Assembly (NCBI GenBank): GCA_030596025.1
Contig: JAUVKW010000002.1
Coordinates: forward strand, 1 to 47,821
Source of the DNA: Bacteroidota bacterium
Lineage (GTDB): Bacteria; Bacteroidota; Bacteroidia; Bacteroidales; VadinHA17
DNA: 47,821 bases
Direction of reading: 5' to 3'
Numbering within the stretch: position 1 is the stretch's first letter; each line of letters begins with the position of its first letter. The position numbers were made by a program, and so were the translations under genes. The notes under the pieces are model-generated. The model did not search any database, was not told where the DNA came from, and saw only the letters and a program-made list of their open reading frames with translations. Shown here piece after piece: positions 35,369 through 44,955 of the stretch.

Positions 35369-36901
35369 TTAGTTAGATATAGGTAAAGTAATAATGCATT
35401 TTGTTCCTTTTTCCTTATTTTTCTGAAAGGATATACTCCCACCATGGGCTGCTATAATCTCATGAGAAATTGATAAGCCAAGACCAGTTCCCGTTTCTTT
35501 TGAAGTAAAAAACGGATCAAAAATATTTTTCAAAATATCATCCGGGATTCCTTTACCACTATCTGAGATCTCAATAGTTATCACTGACTCTTTTTCTTTG
35601 AAATCTGTTTCAATCAATATTTCCCCCCTGGCATCAATCGATTCAACTGAATTCGTAATAATATTTATTAATACCTGTTTCAGGGAATTGGTATCTGCAT
35701 TAACCAGGGGCAGATCTTCTATTAACTTCTTTTTTATCTTGATCTCCTTACCGGAATTTTCATAATTGATAAGGCTTATTATTTCTTCTATTGCCTGGTC
35801 AATACTTATTGGTTTGAGATTTTTATAGATAGGTCTGGAGAATACTACCAAACGTTTTACCAGACCCGATAATCGATTAATTTCATCTATAACCAAATTG
35901 AATGAATCTGGATCGATTTTTTCCTGAAGCTTTGGCTTGGCCGCTGCTTCCTTTTGCCACATTTGCACTCGCATCTTAATGATGGAAAGAGGGGTTTTAA
36001 CTTCATGAGCAACAGCCGCTATCATATTCCCCAGAGATGCAAGTTTTTCTTTTTGCTGTAGTTCTCTTTCCAGTTCCTGCCTTTGCTTATACTCTTTTTC
36101 GATAAGGTCAAGCATAATGTTAATACTGGCCGGAATAAACCCAAACAAACCTCCTCTTCGCTTCAATCTGTAGCCTGGATCTTTCGTAGTATCTTTGAGT
36201 TCGATACGAATATTCTTAATTCCGTTACGCAGAAAGATACTAAACATGGCCATACTTACAAATCCTACAAGAAAAATAATAGTAAGAAAATTTATTACTT
36301 TTTTCAATCTTGTAAGGGGTAATTCACGTTCAATATGTATCCTGACCCAAACCGATCCCACTACCTGTTCCTCATATTTAAAGGGATGAGTGGCCAAAGG
36401 GAATATAGCCGGATCGAAAGCATGTATATCTACGATTGATATGTTTTTTTCAATGGATTCAATAGCTTGATTTTTAATTATATTATACGATCGGGGAGGA
36501 GGACCATAAACCGGAATTGGAGGGTCGGAAGTAGGAAATGCATATCCTATAAAATCGTTAAGCTTTTTTATATAAAATCCACCTTCCAGCCCTTTAATTT
36601 CAATCATATGTCTCTTTATCAATTCTGCCAGGGAGTCCTCAATTTTCAGAGAAGATGCTATTGAAATAGTAGAACCATCCAGTAGTTCAGAAAGCTGTTG
36701 TTGAATGGTATCATTATCTTCAAGTTCTGCAGTAATATAATATGCATATTCCTCACAAATGCTTTTTCGCCCTTCAATAAGATTCTTTTCCCATTTTTCA
36801 AAGAAGTAGAAATTAACAGCGATGATTGCTATAATAGAAATCACTGCTATCAGCCCAATATATAGGATCTTTCTATATTCCTTCGATAATTTCATTTCCA
36901 T
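35369..36901 (-). CDS. Sensor histidine kinase with an ~180-aa extracytoplasmic domain
   Basis: 510 aa. Two TM segments flank a periplasmic region. The H-box is AHEVKTPLS, with N and G boxes (NIITNSVES, GTGLGLSISHEI). Confidence 0.9.
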   Translation of the reverse strand: MEMKLSKEYRKILYIGLIAVISIIAIIAVNFYFFEKWEKNLIEGRKSICEEYAYYITAELEDNDTIQQQLSELLDGSTISIASSLKIEDSLAELIKRHMIEIKGLEGGFYIKKLNDFIGYAFPTSDPPIPVYGPPPRSYNIIKNQAIESIEKNISIVDIHAFDPAIFPLATHPFKYEEQVVGSVWVRIHIERELPLTRLKKVINFLTIIFLVGFVSMAMFSIFLRNGIKNIRIELKDTTKDPGYRLKRRGGLFGFIPASINIMLDLIEKEYKQRQELERELQQKEKLASLGNMIAAVAHEVKTPLSIIKMRVQMWQKEAAAKPKLQEKIDPDSFNLVIDEINRLSGLVKRLVVFSRPIYKNLKPISIDQAIEEIISLINYENSGKEIKIKKKLIEDLPLVNADTNSLKQVLINIITNSVESIDARGEILIETDFKEKESVITIEISDSGKGIPDDILKNIFDPFFTSKETGTGLGLSISHEIIAAHGGSISFQKNKEKGTKCIITLPISN

Positions 36902-36936
36902 AGAACAATTAAAACCGGCTCTGATTTGCCTGTAAT

Positions 36937-37917
36937 TTAAAAAAGATCTTTATCAATTACATAATTATTCAAAGCTTCTGCCAGTTCAGGAGAATTTTCT
37001 TTAAAAACATTATATATTGGTTCCTTGTTCTTTAAAACTACTTTTGAATATACCGACTGGCTTATTATTGTTTCCTTATATCTGTTTTTATTTTTTTCGG
37101 GCATCAGTACATTACCCATAATAGTATTCGGATTTAAAATTTCTTCAAGATCAATTTCTGCATAATCGAAAGCCAGTTGCCATAATTTTTCTGAATAGCC
37201 AAAATGGCTACAGTTTAAGCTTAAATATAAAGATTCAACATCTTCGGGTAATTGAGATAATGCTTCTTCAATATAAACCGTGATAAGCATTTCGGTGTCT
37301 TCTCCATCAGGATTTCGTTCTATATAGGATTGTAGTTCAGGACATGCCTGGGTAATGATCCTCTCTTCTGAAAAGCCTCTTTTGAGCAGAGCCTTTCTAT
37401 GACTATCTTCAGAAATAGTAGTTATAGTACCGGTAATGATCACTGCCGATTTTTCATTCTGTGAAAGACGATCGGAGATTAATATCACACCTGATTCAAC
37501 AATCCCAATAACTGGCGTGTTAGATTCCTTCACAAAGTCGGTTTCTCTATAGATAACAGAAAGGGTATTGCACCCAATCAATATGACGTCAGGATGAAAT
37601 TTATTTTCAATACCACTTAAAACCGAACTAAACACATGTATTTTTTCCTCTCTTGAATTCAGTGAATTATAACCATAATTAGCATTAAACAATGCATTCA
37701 CAAAAATCAGACTTACCCGTTTATAGTATCCTGATCCTGCAATTTTTTTTGCAATATCATCTAAAACTGCCAGGCCTCCAAGACCCGAATCCGTGATTAC
37801 AACAGTAATCTCCTCTTTATCAAATATTGAGTTATATGGTTCTTCTCCCCTGGCACACCCATTTATAAGGGAGAATAGAAAACAACTTAAAAAAAATACT
37901 CTGAAGCTTGATACCAT
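36937..37917 (-). CDS. Asp/Glu racemase family protein (MurI-like) with an N-terminal lipoprotein signal peptide
   Basis: 326 aa. MurI-like motifs are VVITDSGLGGLAVL, the first catalytic Cys in IGCNTLS and the second Cys in LNCSHFGY (equivalent to GCTHYP). The N-terminus MVSSFRVFFLSCFLFSLINGC looks like a signal peptide plus lipobox. Confidence 0.65.
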   Translation of the reverse strand: MVSSFRVFFLSCFLFSLINGCARGEEPYNSIFDKEEITVVITDSGLGGLAVLDDIAKKIAGSGYYKRVSLIFVNALFNANYGYNSLNSREEKIHVFSSVLSGIENKFHPDVILIGCNTLSVIYRETDFVKESNTPVIGIVESGVILISDRLSQNEKSAVIITGTITTISEDSHRKALLKRGFSEERIITQACPELQSYIERNPDGEDTEMLITVYIEEALSQLPEDVESLYLSLNCSHFGYSEKLWQLAFDYAEIDLEEILNPNTIMGNVLMPEKNKNRYKETIISQSVYSKVVLKNKEPIYNVFKENSPELAEALNNYVIDKDLF

Positions 37918-37944
37918 TGTATTTAAAACTTAAATGGTTAATAA

Positions 37945-37980
37945 TAATAAGCTGTGAACAAGAATGTCCACAGCTTATTA
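37945..37980 (-). terminator. Hairpin terminator between the beta-helix gene and the racemase operon
   Basis: A 12-bp perfect stem (TAATAAGCTGTG / CACAGCTTATTA) has a 12-nt loop. It lies 20 nt downstream of the stop at 38000-38002, and A/T-rich sequence follows on the minus strand. Confidence 0.6.
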
Positions 37981-37999
37981 AGAAACCAGAATCTGCAAT

Positions 38000-40900
38000 T
38001 TACTTAATGATAAGCTTTTGGGTACTTATCTGATCTTTTGAATTCTGCATTTTCACGAAGTACAAACCTTTCGATCCACTATTGAGATTTACAGGAATCA
38101 AAGTTTTGTTATCCAGATTCTCAAGTTTTTCTATAACACGACCTGTAATATCAATTATGTGTACTTCTGTTATGTTTTCATCTTTCACTTCAATTACAAA
38201 GCTTCCGTTTGATGGATTTGGATAAAGTAATACATCAAATTCAAACTTTGCTTTGAATTGTCCAATTCCAGATATGCTTCCATATTCGTAAGCACCAATA
38301 TCTATCTCTGTTCCTCTGTCCAGACCTCTAATATCTGTAGTTGGTACATCTTCCTCAGTATTTGTTCCCTCTGCAATTAAAATGGAAGCAGATACAAGAT
38401 TCCAGTCGCTGGCAGGATCATAACCCTGGTATCCTGGTGATCCGCTAATATTAACAAAACCCAGGTCGGTATAAATATCATTTACAGGTCCGACATATAG
38501 CATTTCGGTGGCCGTACATGATGAAATACTTAAAGTATCCAGAGCACAATTCATTATCGTAGCATAAGCACCAGCATTTGCCATATTACTTGTATTGCTG
38601 ATATCGTAAGCACGCACGTCACTACCATCCTGATTTCTCCAGAATACACAATTAACAATTTTGGGTTCTGTATTCATATACGGAGAAGAAGAGCCCTGAT
38701 AGTTCCTGATAGCAGGTCCATACGTTCCGCCTCCACCCGGGTCATTATCCGGAAGAGCATTAAAAACAAATGTACAGTTATAAAACTCGGGAGAGCACTC
38801 AAAATTCCTGATGGCTCCTCCTTCATCGTTAGCCCAGTTATTTGCAAACACACAATTTATGAATTTGGCACGAGTACCTGAAGCATTGTATATGGCACCG
38901 CCATCATCATTTGCATATCCCTTAATAAAATAACAATTTTTAACCATCGGACTGGAAACTTCATCGCCGCTTCTGTACATATACATCGCAGGACCATCGT
39001 CGCAATAATTATCAAAGAAAGTACAATTCAACACATTTGGGGAAGATGCCCTGAGTTTCATGCCTGCACCATTACTGCCACTTACATCCGAGAATCCTCC
39101 GGTAATGGTAAATCCATCGATTGTAGTGGCTGATGATAAATACTCCCCAAAAATTACCCTGCTACCATTTCCCCCGGTAAGAAATCCATTGCCATCAAGA
39201 TCCGCACTGAGTTTTGTTTCATTTGACTGTCCCATTCTGAAAGCAGACCTCTGGTCTTTTGAGCTTTCTGTACCTGCAAAACCGCCATATAGGCTAACAC
39301 CGTCAACAAGAGTAAATGAAGAATCAACTAATTCACCTGGTGTCAGGTATGTACCTGCCGCAACCCATACTTCATCGCCAAAGCTGCCGGCCAGGAGGGC
39401 ATCCTGGATGCTACCCCTGGCATTTGCCCATGATGATCCGTCACCAGTTCCTCCTGGTTTAACATAGCTTATGCTTGCTATTATCTCAGTGAAAGAAACC
39501 TCAATGGTGGTATTGGCAGTAATTAAGGACAATGTATAAGTATAGGCTCCCCCACTAATTGAAACAAGGTCGCCACTGGCATCTGTTGAATTCACAGTAA
39601 ATGTTTCAATCTTATAACCTATATCAGGACTAATTGTATATACAGTTACATCAAATTCTGTAACTAAAGAATCGCCGGAAGGATCAATGCTGCCATTTGC
39701 TCCGGCTGTTGCAGTTACAGTATACTCGGGAGCTACTAATACAAATGTAACCTCAACTATCCCGTTGGCAGCTACAGCTGTAGCCGTATAGGTAAAAGTA
39801 TCATTACCATTATCAACCAGCGAACCCATTATATCTGTACTATTATAAGTTGCAGTAGTGATCTCATAACCAGACGCTGGAGCAAGTATAAATGGCAGGT
39901 CATTACCCGCTGCAACATATCCTTTTTCAGGGCTGACAGATCCATCTCCAATGACCACTGCATCAATTATATAATCCCAGGCTGCAGCTCCGTATTCATA
40001 GGCCCCAATATCAGGATTTGCATCCCTTAATCCATAATTAATATCAAGGACAGGAGCTCCTTCTGCAATACCTGCATCAATCAATACTGATGTGCCCTGT
40101 ATATCCCAGTCGGCTGCCGCATCATATCCGTCTTTCCCTGCGGTACCAGCTGTATTTACGAACAGTGGATCGGTTGAACTGATATCGACTATTCCTGTTG
40201 CGGTTGTACCTGTAGCAGTGTAAGTTCCCTGAAAGGCACAATTTGTAAGGGTTGCCGTAGCATCTGTGGTAAGTGTAAGATCTTCATTAAGCACTCCCGC
40301 TTCCAGGTTGTCCCAGAAAACACAGTTTATCAATGTCGGTGAGGATAAAGCATTATTGGCATCAAAAGCCGAACCATCTCCATCGGTCAGTGTATTCCTG
40401 GTAAATGTACAATTAATAAGGGTCGGAGATGATTTATATGTTCTAAATGCACCGGCATCTGTATCTGCAGAGTTATTCTCAAAAACACAATTTGTAAAAA
40501 CTGCATTACAGCCTGTGGCAGTATATGCAGCTCCCCCTTTATCATCTGCGAAATTAGCAGTAAAAAAACAACTATTGACATCAGGAGTTGCAGCACCATA
40601 CAGATACAATCCTGCCCCGTTGTCATCACAATAATTATAAGCAAATGTACAATTAGAGATGTTCATATCTCCCCCGTTAAGACGTAAACCTCCTCCATCA
40701 GAGCCGGAATCATCTGCATATCCATCCCTGATAGTAAGCCCATCCAGTGTGGTAGCTGAAGTAATGTCTTCACCATACATAACTCTTGTAGCATTGGCAG
40801 CATCATTAATGCCATTTTTATCAATATCACCACTAAGAATGGTTTCGTTTGCTCCTCCCATCCTAAAATCAGTACGTTGAATGGGGCTTGTTTCAGTACC

Positions 40901-41167
40901 TGCAAAACCACCATATAAACTTACTCCTTCCTTAAGGACAAACAGAGTGTCTCCAGGAACATAATATGTGCCAGCATGGATCCATATTTCAGACCCGGCT
41001 GAAGCAGATTCAATTGCATCCTGAATACTTCCTGTGGTAGTAGCCCACGAGCTGCCATCCCCACTGCCCCCATCAGAAACATAAATTATGGTCTGGGCAT
41101 TTGCCAGACCCACAGTTGCAATAAATAGCAAAACTGCGATAAACTTCATTTTGTAAAGATTTTCCAT
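38000..41167 (-). CDS. T9SS-secreted protein with two right-handed beta-helix modules, two InlB-B-repeat-like Ig domains and a C-terminal sorting domain
   Basis: 1055 aa with a signal peptide. The module beginning YVSDGGSGDGSSWATTTGSIQDAI...LYGGFAGTETS...DIGAYEYG is repeated as YVKPGGTGDGSSWANARGSIQDAL...LYGGFAGTESS...DIGAYEYG. The C-terminus (LYPNPSNGSFVIE...GLYFVKM...KLIIK) is a type A T9SS CTD. An alternative start lies at 41149. Confidence 0.8.
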   Translation of the reverse strand: MENLYKMKFIAVLLFIATVGLANAQTIIYVSDGGSGDGSSWATTTGSIQDAIESASAGSEIWIHAGTYYVPGDTLFVLKEGVSLYGGFAGTETSPIQRTDFRMGGANETILSGDIDKNGINDAANATRVMYGEDITSATTLDGLTIRDGYADDSGSDGGGLRLNGGDMNISNCTFAYNYCDDNGAGLYLYGAATPDVNSCFFTANFADDKGGAAYTATGCNAVFTNCVFENNSADTDAGAFRTYKSSPTLINCTFTRNTLTDGDGSAFDANNALSSPTLINCVFWDNLEAGVLNEDLTLTTDATATLTNCAFQGTYTATGTTATGIVDISSTDPLFVNTAGTAGKDGYDAAADWDIQGTSVLIDAGIAEGAPVLDINYGLRDANPDIGAYEYGAAAWDYIIDAVVIGDGSVSPEKGYVAAGNDLPFILAPASGYEITTATYNSTDIMGSLVDNGNDTFTYTATAVAANGIVEVTFVLVAPEYTVTATAGANGSIDPSGDSLVTEFDVTVYTISPDIGYKIETFTVNSTDASGDLVSISGGAYTYTLSLITANTTIEVSFTEIIASISYVKPGGTGDGSSWANARGSIQDALLAGSFGDEVWVAAGTYLTPGELVDSSFTLVDGVSLYGGFAGTESSKDQRSAFRMGQSNETKLSADLDGNGFLTGGNGSRVIFGEYLSSATTIDGFTITGGFSDVSGSNGAGMKLRASSPNVLNCTFFDNYCDDGPAMYMYRSGDEVSSPMVKNCYFIKGYANDDGGAIYNASGTRAKFINCVFANNWANDEGGAIRNFECSPEFYNCTFVFNALPDNDPGGGGTYGPAIRNYQGSSSPYMNTEPKIVNCVFWRNQDGSDVRAYDISNTSNMANAGAYATIMNCALDTLSISSCTATEMLYVGPVNDIYTDLGFVNISGSPGYQGYDPASDWNLVSASILIAEGTNTEEDVPTTDIRGLDRGTEIDIGAYEYGSISGIGQFKAKFEFDVLLYPNPSNGSFVIEVKDENITEVHIIDITGRVIEKLENLDNKTLIPVNLNSGSKGLYFVKMQNSKDQISTQKLIIK

Positions 41168-41722
41168 AATAGTTATATTTAGTTAATTGAAGGATTATTG
41201 AATTAGCAGTACAAATTACCTAAAGCAAATTTAATTATTAAATAATAATAATTCACTTCAGATTCACTATAGTTCCAAAAAAATAACATACTTTATTATA
41301 CTATAATCATACCAGAAATTATTATTCTGGATCATGTAATCAACCTTGCCAGCCATTATACTTAACAAACAGTTAATTTAAGAATCAGGTACAATCCCAG
41401 GCATGATCAGATATAAGATATATGAAGCTTCCTCTTTGAAATGATTTAAAAATCCCCTTGCTTATTTGAATACACTCTAAATAAAATGGGGAGGAATAAC
41501 TGCTGAAACCAGAGAAAAGTGTGAAAAAACTGCACGCTGACTGTGTTGAATTATCACAAAAAGATGCGACTAAACTAATAAGCAGCTTATCTTTTAAAAA
41601 ATACACTTGCATTTGTGGATGGAACATATTTTTTACATAAGTTTATAACAGGATGATAGAAACCTGGCATTTTAATTCTTTAAAACTCCAGAAGATTTCT
41701 ATTCTTTTTTCGCTACAATTTT

Positions 41723-41760
41723 TTATTGATTTTTCAATAATTCCAGGTCAATTATTGAAA
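41723..41760 (+). promoter_or_regulatory. Operator-like inverted repeats just upstream of the susC-like start
   Basis: The motif TTATTGA/TCAATAA occurs three times (41723-29, 41734-40, 41752-58). They include an 11-bp perfect inverted repeat, TTTCAATAATT-n7-AATTATTGAAA (41732-41760), 18 nt before the ATG. Confidence 0.3.
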
Positions 41761-41777
41761 CTATTAAACTAATACAT

Positions 41778-44700
41778 ATGAAAAACACTTGTAACATGAA
41801 ATTCAGGGCGACAGCAATGCTACTATTGTTTTATGTGCTGTGTATTCCAGCTTTTCAAGGATTTGGTAATTCCTCGTACCTAAATGATTCTAAACTTAAG
41901 TACCAGCAAGTAGCACTTACCGGAACAGTTACTGATGAAGATGGTCAAACTCTCATCGGAGTAACAATTGTAATTAAAGCCAATCCTTCCATTGGCGTAA
42001 CCACCGATGTTGACGGGAATTTTTCAATACAGGTAAACACTGGTGATATCCTGGTTTTCTCCTTTGTTGGAATGAAAACCCAGGAAGTTCTAATTACCGA
42101 TCAGCAGAAGTTATCTATAATACTATTGACTGATGCTACAAAACTATCAGAGGTTATTGTTGTTGCCTATGGTGTTACTAAAAGAGAAAGCTTTACCGGA
42201 TCGGCCAGTGTTGTAAGTGCTGATAAAATAGAAAGCAGACCGGTTTCTTCCTTTACAGCTGCTCTTGCAGCAAATACTACAGGAGTAGTAATTAACACTT
42301 CCGGCCAGCCTGGTGATGCCGAAGTAGTACGAATAAGGGGGACAGGTTCAGTCAATGCTTCTAACTCACCTCTATATGTCATTGATGGAGTAGCTGTGAA
42401 CATGAGCGACCTTACCCAATTCAGCGCGGTAGATGCTAACCCAATGGCAACTATTAACCCAAGTGATATATCATCGATAACCGTTCTAAAAGATGCCGCC
42501 GCATCTTCTCTGTATGGTTCACGTGCAGCAAATGGAGTGATACTAATAACAACCAAACAAGGGAAAGAGGGCAAAACAAAATTTAATCTTGACGTACAAC
42601 TGGGTGTGGCAAACGGACTCTATACCAAGCCTATGGCTAATAAAGATGAATTTGCTGAACTTTGGGTTACAGGCGAACTACACAGGATAATGGGTATTGA
42701 CGCAATTTTCACAGGTTTGAGCCCAATTGAGTATATAAAGAATACTTATGATAATGAAAATACTTATAACTTTTATCTCAACAGAGCCAGAAATAATTTC
42801 AATTCTACCTTTGCTATAGACGGAACTGAATATGATTTCTGGGGTGATGGTTATGATGAGTATCCTAACACCGACTGGTACGATGTAGTTTCCAGGCCTG
42901 GGGGGACTCAAAAAATTAATCTTTCGGCATCCGGAGGTCAGAATGGATTGACCTTTTTCACATCAGGCGAATATTTTAAGCAAACTGGAACCATTATTGG
43001 TTCTGACCTTACCCGTTTTTCAGGCCGGCTGAATATTACTGCCAAAACAAATAAATTTGTCTGGTTCGGTGTGAATATGTCCATGTCATACTACAATCAA
43101 AACGGACCACTGCAAGGCAACTTATATGCAAACCCCTTACGCGCAGCAGCAAATATTCCGCCTGTGGTCCCGGTTTACATAGATGGAGAACCAAACCTCT
43201 CCCTGCCCGGAGATATACTGAATAATTATAACCCTGTAGCTATAATGGATATGAATATTTATAATTCATATAGTTATCGAACTCTGGGAACTGCATGGGT
43301 ACAACTAAACTTAACTGAAGACCTGTTTCTTAAGTCAACTTTCGGATATGATAACCGGCCTAATTACGAAACAAGATGGGAGAACAAAGATATTGGAACA
43401 GGAGCCGGGTATGATGGCAGACGTCAGGATATAGAGACTCTCAGACGCAGACTGACTTCCTCTACTATTCTCAACTATGACAAAAGTTTTAATGAAAAGC
43501 ATAATTTTTCTGCCCTGGCCGGCTGGGAAGCTGAATGGACACATACAAATGTGCTTGGAGGAGTTTCAACCGGATACGTAACTAACCTTACTCCCATTTT
43601 GAGTTCCGGGACCATACCTACAGAAGCCATTGGAAGATCTTATGATGATGCTCTGCTTTCAGCTTTGTCCAGGATAAACTATAACTACAAAAACAAATAT
43701 TACGCACAGGTAAGTTATCGGGCCGATGCCTCCTCCAGATTTGGTCCCGATACTCGTTGGGGCCACTTTTATTCTGTTTCTGGTTCATGGAGGCTTTCTG
43801 AAGAAGCATTTATGAATTTCAAATGGCTTGATGATGCAAAAATACGTGCCAGTTATGGAATAAATGGAACCCTGCCAGGCGGACTCTATGATTATCTTGG
43901 CAACTACACTCTTGGATTTGATTATTTCAATATGTCAGGGGCTCGTGTTACAAATGTGGCTAATATGGGATTGAGCTGGGAACAAAGTGATAATGTAAAC
44001 CTGGGTTTTGAAATAAAAGTTTTTGATGGCAGAATATTTGCAAGTGCTGAATACTATAGTCGTCACGCCAAAGATCTGTTATTTGACCGTCAGATTTCCA
44101 GAACCACGGGATTTACTAACGCAACTGTAAATATGGGAGCCATGAAAAACTACGGGTTTGAATATACACTTGATGCTTATGTGCTACGCTTAAGTAACTT
44201 GTCATGGAACCTGGTACTAAATATTTCAACACTTACGAATGAAATTACTGAACTCCCAAATGACAATGTTGGGGCAACCAATATTGACAGGGTTGGATAT
44301 GCTGAAGGATCATTATACCTGCCTGAATATGCAGGTGTTGACACTGAAACCGGATCTCCCATGTGGTACCATATTGATGAAACATCAGGTGAAAAAACCA
44401 TTACGCTTGAATATAGTGAAGCAACCCGGCAAATTATAGGAACCCGTGAGCCAAAATATTATGGCGGTCTTTCTTCATATTTGAGGTACAAGAATTTTGA
44501 CCTGGATATACTATTGTCATATGCATGGGATTTCTACACTCTGGATTATTGCTCAAGCAGATACACCCAAACAGATGGCGGACAGTCGTATCTCAATGCG
44601 GAAACCTCTCAATTAGATAGCTGGACTCCGGTAAATACTTCCTCCAGTAATCCAATACGATGGAACGGAACCACTAATGGAAGCCAGTTTTCAACCCGCC

Positions 44701-44939
44701 AGGCATACAATGGTGCATATTTCAAAATGAAAAATATTAAGCTTAGTTATCAGATACCTTCAAACCTGGTAAGTAAAGTAAGAATTTCAGCATGCAAACT
44801 TTATGTGCAAGCTGAAAACCTCATTGTACTGACAGAAATGCCAAACTTCGATCCTGAAATTAGAGTTAATGGTTATCGCTATGTTTATGACTTCCCCCCA
44901 CCTCAAATTTTCAGTTTTGGAATAAATCTTAGTTTCTAA
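41778..44939 (+). CDS. SusC/RagA-family TonB-dependent outer membrane transporter
   Basis: 1053 aa. It has a CarboxypepD_reg N-domain (LTGTVTDEDGQTLIGVTIVIK), a plug (SITVLKDAAASSLYGSRAANGVILITTKQG), a long barrel and a terminal aromatic residue (INLSF). An alternative start lies at 41796. Confidence 0.95.
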   Translation: MKNTCNMKFRATAMLLLFYVLCIPAFQGFGNSSYLNDSKLKYQQVALTGTVTDEDGQTLIGVTIVIKANPSIGVTTDVDGNFSIQVNTGDILVFSFVGMKTQEVLITDQQKLSIILLTDATKLSEVIVVAYGVTKRESFTGSASVVSADKIESRPVSSFTAALAANTTGVVINTSGQPGDAEVVRIRGTGSVNASNSPLYVIDGVAVNMSDLTQFSAVDANPMATINPSDISSITVLKDAAASSLYGSRAANGVILITTKQGKEGKTKFNLDVQLGVANGLYTKPMANKDEFAELWVTGELHRIMGIDAIFTGLSPIEYIKNTYDNENTYNFYLNRARNNFNSTFAIDGTEYDFWGDGYDEYPNTDWYDVVSRPGGTQKINLSASGGQNGLTFFTSGEYFKQTGTIIGSDLTRFSGRLNITAKTNKFVWFGVNMSMSYYNQNGPLQGNLYANPLRAAANIPPVVPVYIDGEPNLSLPGDILNNYNPVAIMDMNIYNSYSYRTLGTAWVQLNLTEDLFLKSTFGYDNRPNYETRWENKDIGTGAGYDGRRQDIETLRRRLTSSTILNYDKSFNEKHNFSALAGWEAEWTHTNVLGGVSTGYVTNLTPILSSGTIPTEAIGRSYDDALLSALSRINYNYKNKYYAQVSYRADASSRFGPDTRWGHFYSVSGSWRLSEEAFMNFKWLDDAKIRASYGINGTLPGGLYDYLGNYTLGFDYFNMSGARVTNVANMGLSWEQSDNVNLGFEIKVFDGRIFASAEYYSRHAKDLLFDRQISRTTGFTNATVNMGAMKNYGFEYTLDAYVLRLSNLSWNLVLNISTLTNEITELPNDNVGATNIDRVGYAEGSLYLPEYAGVDTETGSPMWYHIDETSGEKTITLEYSEATRQIIGTREPKYYGGLSSYLRYKNFDLDILLSYAWDFYTLDYCSSRYTQTDGGQSYLNAETSQLDSWTPVNTSSSNPIRWNGTTNGSQFSTRQAYNGAYFKMKNIKLSYQIPSNLVSKVRISACKLYVQAENLIVLTEMPNFDPEIRVNGYRYVYDFPPPQIFSFGINLSF

Positions 44940-44955
44940 AAAATTAATCGATAAG

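Noticed and set aside
39060-40880. Several 73-135-aa ORFs antisense to or out of frame within the beta-helix gene, and similar ones inside dnaE, susC, mutL and the S9 peptidase
   Set aside because: All lie fully inside long, motif-supported CDSs and have Pro/Ser/Leu-rich antisense-type composition.
41385-41627. 80-aa minus-strand ORF in the 610-bp susC upstream region
   Set aside because: No recognisable motif, no plausible signal or TM pattern, and no ribosome-binding or promoter context. I treat it as non-coding. The long spacer itself may hold regulatory RNA, but I saw no supporting structure.
41665-41679. Sigma-54 promoter upstream of susC (TGGCAT-tttaa-TTCT), attractive because a sigma-54 response regulator is nearby
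   Set aside because: The -24 element fits, but the -12 element reads TTCT instead of TTGC, so the highly conserved GC is missing. I found no better GG-N10-GC candidate upstream of the beta-helix gene or the racemase operon.
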